The notes below the pieces were generated by a model. That model saw only the letters and a program-made list of their open reading frames with translations, did no database searches and was not told the DNA's origin. Position numbers and translations under genes: made by a program. From positions 3,486,213-3,550,212 of the forward strand of contig CM082589.2 of assembly GCA_040954595.2 (NCBI GenBank): DNA of 64,000 nucleotides. The letters are read 5' to 3'. The DNA is from Balanoglossus misakiensis. Its lineage: Eukaryota > Animalia > Hemichordata. Of the stretch, positions 12,901-24,700 are shown piece by piece. Position 1 is the stretch's first letter. Each line of letters begins with the position of its first letter.

Positions 12901-15585
12901 TGATTTTCATGGGCTATAACCCATGGTTTTTTCAAAAAAGTGAAGAAATTTTGATATCTCGCAAAGTCGAAAAATTGTCATTTTCGGATGATTTTCATGG
13001 GCTATAACCCATGGTTTTTTCAAAAAAGTGAAGAAATTTTGATATCTCGCAAAGTCGAAAAATTGTCATTTTCGGATGATTTTCATGGGCTATAACCCAT
13101 GGTTTTTTCAAAAAAGTGAAGAAATTTTGATATCTCGCAAAGTCGAAAAATTGTCATTTTCGGATGATTTTCATGGGCTATAACCCATGGTTTTTTCAAA
13201 AAAGTGAAGAAATTTTGATATCTCGCAAAGTCGAAAAATTGTCATTTTCGGATGATTTTCATGGGCTATAACCCATGGTTTTTTCAAAAAAGTGAAGAAA
13301 TTTTGATATCTCGCAAAGTCGAAAAATTGTCATTTTCGGATGATTTTCATGGGCTATAACCCATGGTTTTTTCAAAAAAGTGAAGAAATTTGATATCTCG
13401 CAAAGTCGAAAAATTGTCATTTTCGGATGATTTTCATGGGCTATAACCCATGGTTTTTTCAAAAAAGTGAAGAAATTTTGATATCTCGCAAAGTCGAAAA
13501 ATTGTCATTTTCGGATGATTTTCATGGGCTATAACCCATGGTTTTTTCAAAAAAGTGAAGAAATTTTGATATCTCGCAAAGTCGAAAAATTGTCATTTTC
13601 GGATGATTTTCATGGGCTATAACCCATGGTTTTTTCAAAAAAGTGAAGAAATTTTGATATCTCGCAAAGTCGAAAAATTGTCATTTTCGGATGATTTTCA
13701 TGGGCTATAACCCATGGTTTTTTCAAAAAAGTGAAGAAATTTTGATATCTCGCAAAGTCGAAAAATTGTCATTTTCGGATGATTTTCATGGGCTATAACC
13801 CATGGTTTTTTCAAAAAAGTGAAGAAATTTTGATATCTCGCAAAGTCGAAAAATTGTCATTTTCGGATGATTTTCATGGGCTATAACCCATGGTTTTTTC
13901 AAAAAAGTGAAGAAATTTTGATATCTCGCAAAGTCGAAAAATTGTCATTTTCGGATGATTTTCATGGGCTATAACCCATGGTTTTTTCAAAAAAGTGAAG
14001 AAATTTTGATATCTCGCAAAGTCGAAAAATTGTCATTTTCGGATGATTTTCATGGGCTATAACCCATGGTTTTTTCAAAAAAGTGAAGAAATTTTGATAT
14101 CTCGCAAAGTCGAAAAATTGTCATTTTCGGATGATTTTCATGGGCTATAACCCATGGTTTTTTCAAAAAGTGAAGAAATTTTGATATCTCGCAAAGTCGA
14201 AAAATTGTCATTTTCGGATGATTTTCATGGGCTATAACCCATGGTTTTTTCAAAAAAGTGAAGAAATTTTGATATCTCGCAAAGTCGAAAAATTGTCATT
14301 TTCGGATGATTTCATGGGCTATAACCCATGGTTTTTTCAAAAAAGTGAAGAAATTTTGATATCTCGCAAAGTCGAAAAATTGTCATTTTCGGATGATTTT
14401 CATGGGCTATAACCCATGGTTTTTTCAAAAAAGTGAAGAAATTTTGATATCTCGCAAAGTCGAAAAATTGTCATTTTCGGATGATTTTCATGGGCTATAA
14501 CCCATGGTTTTTTCAAAAAAGTGAAGAAATTTTGATATCTCGCAAAGTCGAAAAATTGTCATTTTCGGATGATTTTCATGGGCTATAACCCATGGTTTTT
14601 TCAAAAAAGTGAAGAAATTTTGATATCTCGCAAAGTCGAAAAATTGTCATTTTCGGATGATTTTCATGGGCTATAACCCATGTTTTTTCAAAAAAGTGAA
14701 GAAATTTTGATATCTCGCAAAGTCGAAAAATTGTCATTTTCGGATGATTTTCATGGGCTATAACCCATGGTTTTTTCAAAAAAGTGAAGAAATTTTGATA
14801 TCTCGCAAAGCGAAAAATTGTCATTTCGGATGATTTTCATGGGCTATAACCATGGTTTTTTCAAAAAAGTGAAGAAATTAAATTTTGATATCTCGCAAAG
14901 TCGAAAAATTGTCATTTTCGGATGATTTTCATGGGCTATAACCCATGGTTTTTTCAAAAAGTGAAGAAATTTTGATATCTCGCAAAGTCGAAAAATTGTC
15001 ATTTTCGGATGATTTTCATGGGCTATAACCCATGGTTTTTTCAAAAAAGTGAAGAAATTTTGATATCTCGCAAAGTCGAAAAATTGTCATTTTCGGATGA
15101 TTTTCATGGGCTATAACCCATGGTTTTTTCAAAAAAGTGAAGAAATTTTGATATCTCGCAAAGTCGAAAAATTGTCATTTTCGGATGATTTTCATGGGCT
15201 ATAACCCATGGTTTTTTCAAAAAAGTGAAGAAAATTTTGATATCTCGCAAAGTCGAAAAATTGTCATTTTCGGATGATTTTCATGGGCTATAACCCATGG
15301 TTTTTTCAAAAAAGTGAAGAAATTTTGATATCTCGCAAAGTCGAAAAATTGTCATTTTCGGATGATTTTCATGGGCTATAACCCATGGTTTTTTCAAAAA
15401 AGTGAAGAAATTTTGATATCTCGCAAAGTCGAAAAATTGTCATTTTCGGATGATTTTCATGGGCTATAACCCATGGTTTTTTCAAAAAAGTGAAGAAATT
15501 TTGATATCTCGCAAAGTCGAAAAATTGTCATTTTCGGATGATTTTCATGGGCTATAACCCATGGTTTTTTCAAAAAAATGAAGAA
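6994..15585. repeat. Highly homogeneous 88-bp tandem satellite, ~97 copies
   Basis: Unit ATGGGCTATAACCCATGGTTTTTTCAAAAAAGTGAAGAAATTTTGATATCTCGCAAAGTCGAAAAATTGTCATTTTCGGATGATTTTC (e.g. starts at 7611 and 7699). Differences are mostly homopolymer indels; one rearranged unit at ~9510-9540. Confidence 0.98.
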
Positions 15586-15678
15586 TATCTCTGAAGGACA
15601 AGTACAACGAGAACAATGTAACAGAAAGAAAAGTCAACAAAGACACAAGACCATCAACAATTATAGTGAAGTTGCTAA

Positions 15679-15684
15679 TTTATT
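15679..15684 (-). terminator. Probable poly(A) signal of the spectraplakin gene
   Basis: AATAAA on the - strand followed by a GU/U-rich downstream element (~15600-15660), ~2.2 kb after the stop codon. Confidence 0.55.
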
Positions 15685-16272
15685 GCAAAATAAAACAATC
15701 GAATGCTTTGCATATTCTGAAGAATCCTGGGCTCAAAATAAGACAATACAGTCATTATATTCTTAACATCATTAATATTCAAAAATCACTTATCGAATTT
15801 GATATGAAAATTTCACTTAACCTTTAACCCTAAGCATCCCAGCGTGCTCAGAAAAATCACATTTGTGTGTGTTTACATTTTTTTCTTTCAAAAATTATGA
15901 ACAGAGCTCTGTAAAACTCTTAATGTTATAGCTGTGCAGTATTCCACTAAATGTTGTAATTCAGATAGAAACCGACACCATTATAACTCTAGCAACTGGA
16001 ATACATATGGTCGAAAGTCTTCACAATAGATTGTTGTGATTCTGACACTGAACTAATCCAACTACAATAACAGATTGTAAATTTTTTTCATAGCAGATAC
16101 AATTTCAAATTTAACAACATAAAAAATATGTAACAGACAGCACCCAAAGACAAAAATTGTCAACTACCATACGGTACTACTTATAGTTTGTTACTGGTTC
16201 TACACGCACTCTACAGACATACAAATGTTAAGGCTTCATTTAGAAAAAAGTATTCCCCTAAAGTTTCATTAA

Positions 16273-16357
16273 CCCTTTCACCCCACCTTCCCTGGATATG
16301 GTACAACCCTGCCACTGTTAACAACAGGGTTGAGACCAATATGAGGTGGTGAAAGGG
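16273..16357. mobile_element. piggyBac-type MITE copy in the spectraplakin 3' UTR
   Basis: TTAA|CCCTTTCACC...GGTGAAAGGG|TTTA terminal inverted repeats. Confidence 0.6.
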
Positions 16358-17853
16358 TTTAGAAGATGTGTTGCATCACATCCAAGGTAAATGAGCAGAA
16401 ATAAGAAAAGATTTCTTCACACTGTGATGTCTACCATCTAAGTTGTACGTCATGATTTTTTGTTACTTTCCCTCCAAAATAACTGAGCCCAGTTTATGCT
16501 ACGTCTAGTATGAAGGGTGCAGGCAACTTACTTTACATGAATATGCTCACTTCAAAAACTTGTGATTTGTAGTTGTGTTATGGAACTAAATAACCTTTAA
16601 CAAGAGCTACATGAAAGTATGTTTCAATTACTTAGTAGTATTCTGTTTCCAATGGTTGATTTGGATTTCATTCTTCCAGTGAAGAAACGTCTAGCTTATC
16701 AATCTGAATGTCTACCAAGTTATAGTTCCAGCCCCCAAGCCCTGGAAAGGAGGGCGGAAGTATCAATGGTAAGCATTGCAGTTTCTATGGGCTAACTGAA
16801 TAAGACTGGCAAATCTCAACTGGTTTGAACTGGATTGGACAAGATTTCACTGGATTGTGCTGCATATCCAGCGATCTCATGCACACACATTCCGAATCCA
16901 GTCGAAACCAGTTTGAAATGGATTTGACTACATGCATTACCAGGAAAATGTGTGTGGTATGCCAATATGGAGTACAAAACTTTTTTGTTTGTAAAAAAGC
17001 AATTTGTGGTAAGCGGGCGAATTATGCTACGCTACATGTAGTAGTTATGGTACTAAGCTGTGGGGAGGCCTAAAATCAAGGATAACTTTATCAAATTTGA
17101 TAGCAAGTCTGAGTCTCCCTTGAAGTTTCCTTGGTTTGAGGCCTCAGTTTTTTAAATGCCCAGTCTCCAGAATGTGATGATATTCTTTCCTGTTATTTTA
17201 ACCTCAATATCTAAATGTTTAATCTCCATATATCCCTTATCCTGTAACATATTTTCTACTTATCTCCTGTAACAATAGCTCCCTTATATCCATAAAATCT
17301 CACACCACATACTTTTTTTTAAAAAGATCTTCGTCTTTCAGGATTATTTACATCTGAAAAAACCACAATCTTGGATACCTCCTATTAAACAAACAATATA
17401 TTTCAGCTTTTTCTCCAAAATCAAGAGTAACGACAAAAAAAATCTAAAAAAAAAAACTCCTGCAGCATGGTTGCAAATTTTAAAATCCATTTCTGTACCT
17501 CTGCCAGTTGCAGAGGAGTTGTATTAACTGATGTTAAACGCTGAGAATGTGGATTTATTCTGGCAAGATACCGCTATATACAACTGACACATTCTTTTAA
17601 TAAATTGACATAATACATCCACATTATGTACAAACACATTAATTTCTTCATAGTTGTAGTCTTACTCTAGTGGGTTTTTGCATTTTCTTGCAAAATAATT
17701 GGCAAAAAGTTCATTTTCAATGTTGTCTCAATTCAGTGGTTGTTTGGTTTGTCTCTTTCTAAAGAAGATATCTGGATAAAATTGACACTTTTTTTCAATC
17801 TTTTCAATTATCACTAGGTGTTTGTCTAATCTTGCCCCTCTCCACTGACTTTG

Positions 17854-18716
17854 TCAGGGCTTGGGACTTAGGTGGGGATTTGTCGCCATTTTGTTGAACG
17901 CCTGGTCCATTACGACCTGGCGTTTCTGGTTCGGTTGGCTTGTCAGGTTTCGGAGATGGAGTCGTGCCTGATTTTTTCGCCGAGTCTTTAGCAGGTTTTG
18001 TTTTCGGTGCTGTTCTTTAGTCGGGGAGAGCATTGGGATCCTGGACACTTTTGAAGCTGCAGTTGGAATCTTCGACGCAGCAGGCGAGCGTTTAGTTGGT
18101 GTATCTTTTGTTGGTATTCTTCGCGCTTGCATGCCGGTTCTTCTGCCTGCGGGCGTGTCCTTCTCAGATCCGAGCGACTCGCGACTTGAGCTTCTGCTGG
18201 GTGTTTTGCGCGTCGCGGCGGGTGCTGTACGTCTGAGCGGTGAAGTGACATCCTTCTCGGACCCTAACGACTCGCGACTAGAGCTTCGGCTGGGTGTCTT
18301 CCGCGGCTGTGAGAGCCGGTCAAACACCGACATCCCCTTGTCTGATGTGAGCGACTCGCGGCTGCTAGATCGGCTTGGCGTTTTCTTCAGTCCGCTCATC
18401 TGCTTCGACGGCGGCGGTGTTGCCCGGGGCGTCGGTTTCTTCGTTGCCGAGGGCGTCATCTTGGTGGCCGTGGCAGTCGTCGTCTTTGGTGATGGTGTCT
18501 TCTTCGGGACTTTCGTGTAGGATGTTCTGGACACGGTTGGCAGGGTGACAGTTCTAGTTTGCAAGGTTTCGGTGCGGAAGGTGACTTCGCCTCTCGTCGT
18601 TCCCCCGGAGGATTTTACGTGAACGTCCGCTATCGTGCGCATCTTTTTATCACCAGCAGTGCAGGTCACATCGTCAACAGGATGAGCGCCGGGAGCATGA
18701 TGATGGTCGTGGCCAC
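17854..18716 (-). CDS. MACF1: Spectraplakin terminal coding exon: Ser/Arg/Pro-rich microtubule-binding tail with SxIP motifs
   Basis: Phase-1 acceptor tttgatgtAG|GTGGC at 18716; 3x [12 protein letters not shown] repeats; SKIP, SRIP and RRIP motifs (EB1-binding type). The true stop may be 17804-17806 (see findings). Confidence 0.85.
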
Positions 18717-21700
18717 CTACATCAAAGAAAATGGAGACAAAAGCTTAGTTTGTACAGTAATTCTAGTTACACTGTTAATATGCATCCTATATTTTGGCTA
18801 CAGCATGCTAACAATTTTAAGTCTTGAGAGAAAATCGCATTAGGTGGACATGCACCAACTGAAAATTCACACATTGTTCTGGACGAGGCTAACAGAGAAA
18901 GTGTGAATTTTCACAAGAGCATGTTAATATTTGTGGAGTCAGCACTGCTTGGCACAGAGTGCTTCCACTATCTTCAAGGGGAGCCAGTTGTCACACTTCT
19001 GTGTCCCTCAGTTCCATCCTGCCCAACCTCAGTTTCTCTCCACAGTAGTCTCGCCCACTGTGAAATCAACAGGACTGAACCAAAGAGTGAGGAAAGAAGG
19101 GGACAAGAGGGTAGGGGTTGCAGGGGAACAGAGGAAAGAATTTTGGTGCCCATGCATGTAGGATTCTGCAGCAATTTGGCAGGGTTGCTATGGTAGCAAT
19201 GAATTGATATATTTCTATGTCTGTATTCAAGAAATTCCTGGATTTAATCAACTCTGATGAATAAAGTTCAAAACAATAAAACTGTACTAAATTTCACCTC
19301 AGTCATATGGTTCAATCCAGCTGCTTTCAAAGGCGAGACTGGACATTTTAAAACTTTGAAATGGGGGTGAAAGGGGCTACGGTACGATCTGAACTTAAAT
19401 TTATCAAAGGGTAATTATAATTTTTACTGTTATGAATCACATACTTATCCAATTAATAAGTTAGTCTATTTGTTAGCCTATGTTTACATGCTACGACTTA
19501 TAACAAATTTCATTTTAACGACAGGTTCACTTTTCTAACGATAGAATCTACAATGCAAGTTGTTGGTGGAAATTTGTGTATTGTATTTCATCAACCACTG
19601 TGATACCAATACATAAATTTGAAAATTTTCTTGTATATTTTTCGAACTTAAATCATTTCCTGATTTTTAAGCATTTTAGAATGACGTACACTTAGGTTGA
19701 ATACAAGTCGTAAATTTCCACAACTTCATTTGATGGTGTAATCCTGAGAACTAACAGGTTTAGTGTGAAATCATCACTCAATCATTCTCATTATCTCAAC
19801 TTATTATTTGCTGTATTACACAAGGCAGGCCCACAATGCACTGCAGCCATGGCCTGCGTTCAAACTGCAATGGCTACCTGAATGTAACATTGTGAGAGTT
19901 ATAATCTCGGAAATGCCAAATCTTGAATTCAGCTGGATAAAACTGCATGCATATAAAATGTAAATAAACCATGAACCAGAAGAGCATGCTGGTATATGCA
20001 TGTGACATGCAGCCAGGGGATGCTGGGAAAAGCAGCCACTGAAACATAACAAAAGTTGCAAGGGAACAGGGTAAAAAGAAAGAAAAATAAGACACCTTCA
20101 CCGCACAAAGTACACCGATTTTGTTTTTTACTGCCACCACTTGTAGCAGAACTGCTCCTCGTCGACTGGAGATAGCAGATGCTTTTTACCCCTGTTTCTA
20201 TTCTTATGAGCTATGTCACAACAAAGCAAAAAAAGAAAAGCATAAACGAAATGAGAGAGAGGAGACAACTAGGCAGAAATTAAGAGTAACGCGACCAGTG
20301 TTTATGTCGAGGTGGAATGCTAACACTCCAGAATAGACAGACTATACACCATGTGACAATTGTCGCATCCACATCAAACGACATGTTCTCTGTTACATAT
20401 TTATTCGTCCACCACATCATTCTGTTAGCTTTCATATGATTGGATCTGCAGTAAAACTGGTTCAGACTGGATCAATTGGTTCAAACAATATTCACCAAAC
20501 TGGTAGAAACTGGATCTGACTATACCAAACCAGATGACTCACCAGGACACTCATGAGTTGTGTGTGTCTTAGTAACCAATGTTCCATCTGGCCGTCTCTC
20601 CTTGACAGTTGTTTTGGCTCCATCTGAACTTGTTGTTACAGTGGATGATGATGAACCTGGTCCTGTCCTTTGCCAAGGACGTGTGATGTTCTTCTTCTCG
20701 CGAATCTGAAATAGTTGATATATTTTTCTTAGTACACATGCATGTCAAAATGTCTCTGAATACTAAGTTTGTATGAATGATTACCTTTGTATGCAAATGC
20801 TACTTGTAGAAAAGCAGTTATTTCATCTGGGATATTACAGCAGAGGGAATCATGAAAACCAACAAGTGATGTGATTCAAAAATACCTTCATGATTGGTCC
20901 GCTCACACTGCGAGAGCTGCCAGTCGTACTGGAACCCGACGTCGAAACCCCGGGGCTTCTTGTCCTGAATGCCTGCATGGACTGGCTGACGCCCTCGGCC
21001 AAGATGAACTTCTCACGCAGTTCGATGTTAGTCCGCCCTCGTGCTGTGGAATCACAAAGTCGAGAATCACTGTTAACACCAAAACTCAATGACTGCCACC
21101 AGTGAAGGGGATAGTCGAATGTGTTTGTATTGTAACGAACAGACTGCCACAATAGTATACGACAAACACAAACTGCTTTGTGATTCACTGTTAGGAAAAG
21201 GTGGGACACTGGGCTGGAAATATCTAAACCTCTGTGCTGAAATGAAATACTCATGAAGCCATGACAAGAAGGGAGAAATTGCAGTAAGGGAAACAACTAT
21301 TTTGTAGCGCAATGATGAACTCTGCAGCTGATGCTTCGATGGAAGACAAACAATGTTCAAACCTTAAATGTCAATGTACCGATATGATGGAAACGTGGTT
21401 AGATGCATGTGTGTAGTGTTTGTACGATGTGCAGACACAGCCATTTCAATTACACCACGTAACACTAGCCTGTTGCCAGTGTCTTTCAGATCACAATGCA
21501 CATTTCATCAACGGCAACAAATGATGGTTCAAACACTGCACATACTGAAGGCGTTACACAAGCTGCAACAAGACAAGCGACCTATGACCTGACCTGGCCT
21601 ATATCATCACCATGTATAAAAGCCTGTGGGCATCCTGCCCACTGAGAAATAGGTGGCAAAGTAAATTTATTCCATGCTGCGTTAAGATCCAGCATTGCAA

Positions 21701-24700
21701 GCAGTCTACAATTTGGCAAAATTCAAGCTAAAACAATGTCCTGCCAGAGAATTTTCCCTTCAAGAACGACGAAGCAGCAATGTTAAAAGAGATTAGAAGT
21801 ACAGTAGCCTGAGGGCATTTAGCAAAGTTATTAAAATGGAGGTTATTCATCATGAATTTTCATCCAAGTTGCCAAAGGAGCATAGTGCGGAGTAAGCATT
21901 AAAAGAAAGACATAAGTTTGACCCTTGACCGCTAAATAACCAATTGAACTTGAACATTTTACCTTCTGTTAAAATCCTTTGCTTCGCTGATCATAGAAAT
22001 AATTTGAGACAAATCATTAATTAATGCAGTTTTGAAGGACACTTGGTTGAACTATTATATACTTAGTCATGCAAGGTTGGATTTCAGTTAATGTTAATGA
22101 TCACAATCTTGATCAAGTAAATATGATCTGCATTCATATCATCGGCATGTCATGCATATAACTGAATAAAAAATAATTTGACATTGATTTTTCACTACCA
22201 TGCATGATAATGATATGTGATTGGTAAAACCTACAAGAATATTTTCCACAATTTTTTTTTTTTTAATATTATTTATTATATGATTTTTCCTTCATAATAA
22301 TCATAAAGTTTTAAATTTCCTACTTTGAGAAATAGTTAAAATTTGCATAACCGACACCAACTACCAACTATGACCTCATGACCTATGACCTGAATTGTTT
22401 TGTTACCTTGTCGGTACCTTTCTTCTTGTTTTGCCTTGTCTGAATTTTTCACGACACAGCAAAATAAACACAAAGATGTGCATTAATAACTTGGATTGAT
22501 GTTTTCTAAATTTGACATTGCAAAGGTTCCACGTTTCTAAATTCATTTTTTTCCAAGTTAAGACCACGGAAACTTAAAGCAAGAACAAATTGTAGGTATG
22601 ATTTCTGATTGTTGTGAAGAGTGAAATATTCGACAATTTTGTTAGTGAGAATGAATAAAGTAATGAATGTGCATCTCAAACGTCTGGAAAGATATCTCAC
22701 CGCACACGTGATATGTATCTCTGTGTAAGATTATGTCGCTGTCATATGGACAAAAATGCCTTGAATCTTGAAATCATGATGTGTGGCTGCCTTCATGTAT
22801 GATGGGATAGCTTTTAAGTGAGTGTCACATACGTGGACAGACTTGTGTGCATAGCAATAATAGCAAACACAAACAATTCACAGTCTGGGGCCAAACACAA
22901 AAATAAATGCAAAGTGCAAATGACTTAATTTTTATAGCTATAACTGATGTATGGCTAAACGTTTCACCCTGGAACATTTCTTAAAGCCAACACTGTCCTA
23001 TTCAGATTCTGAAGAATTGTGTGGAATTGATGAAAATACAAGGTACATGTACTACAATCGGGCCCAATGTGTTTTCAGTAGGACAAACCACTCCAAAGAT
23101 GCATATGTACATGTTCATTCATATTCTGGGGTCAAAGTTTCTTCCAATAAGAGAAAACTGTCAAGAGAAATCATGACACCATATGAATATGCAAATAAGA
23201 GTTGACCTACCTCTGCAGGGGTCGTTCTTCACCAAGAATTCATCCAATGCCATCCAGCCTCCACCGACACGCACCATGACAGTACTTCTCAGGATACGCA
23301 CCAGTCGCAAACGTTGAGAATCTCCAAACTACGGAAAAAGAAAATACGATTCTGCATTCTAGCGTCTGCACCGCCATCAAAGTCACACACCAAGACACCA
23401 ACTCACATATGCATACGTTTGTCGTTGTCGGTTTTTTGTATTGGTTCGAAATTAAATACAAACAAAACAATATACATCAGAAATCTCTTGCAACAAAATC
23501 AAATGCATGGTGCTTATTTAAAGTGCATCCAAAGCAGTCGTCTTTTCTAAAAAAAACACTAACGGAACTTTCACAGCCAAATCAAAAGAAATCATAATTT
23601 GCTGAAAAGAAAGAGGATCAGGGGAAAAACTACCTTTATTTACTAAAAACTCTATGGCAAGCAGTTTACACTGAAATGTGATTTATCGGATATGAGCAAA
23701 CTACATTTTATGCATGAAGTGCAACAAATTACGGAGAGGATGGACAAACAAATAAGACCAAGGAAATAAAACCAAAAAAATAATAATTCCCATAACACAA
23801 CTCGGAGAGAACCACAGACCCCCATGTTGGGTTCACGATGCTAACTGTCATAGGTTTTTAGAATACCTTTCCTATGTACGAGTGTGGAGAATTCATGTCC
23901 CTAGTATACATCATATAGAACTCCTAAGCAGCCACGTCGAAAATGACGGGGGTGACAAAAATAAAGAGAGAACATTTTAACTGAAAATGGTAAATTTTGG
24001 TGTTTTGAATCGAAATACAGTCTGAAAGAAATAGCAATTTGCAGAGGACAGGGTGAAGAGAGACCCAAAACCAAAGAAAGAACGGAGAGAGGTTGTTATT
24101 TGGGAATGAGTGGATTTTAGGGTTTTGTGGTTCCTGGTTGTGCTTTGGTCACATGCTATTTTTGCCATTATTCTTGCAGTCTTTCTCACAAGTCCTACAT
24201 CTAAACTCTTGTCCAGTTTGAATTGGAATTAGGAGAGACAGATTTTTGTCAACCGAATAATTTTAAAAATCAGGTTTGCATCTCATTTGGTGCAGATGAA
24301 TTTTTTAAAAAACAATTTCGTATTTTTCCTATCAGGATCTTACATTCCTTCAGACCTGTGATAAGACCAGCTTGGTCAATTCAAGCAGCATTATGCCAAA
24401 ACTAACTGCAGCGAGCAGACAGAAAGTAAATCTAAGCAGCTGTCATGTGAGCAGAGTGTTAGTGTCATGTGGTGACCATGTGATGGTCATGTGACAACTA
24501 TTAGAGACGACACCACAACTTACATGAATGAGAAATGAGAATGGGATGTTGCTATGGCTGTTCATGAGATCGTTAAACTCTTCAAATGTCGTGCTGCATA
24601 TTCTCTGTGAGTGGGATGGATGGCAAAATGCGAGGAATGGGGGGAAATGAAGAGGCCATTAAAAGAAATGATTGTTTTAAAATAAAAAGATGGGGGGAGG

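Noticed and set aside
6994-15585. Repeated ORFs (KKPWVIAHENHPKMTIFRLCEISK...) and CRISPR-like appearance
   Set aside because: The unit is 88 bp (not a multiple of 3) and ORFs lengthen only where homopolymer indels occur. There are no unique spacers and no cas genes, and the context is eukaryotic.
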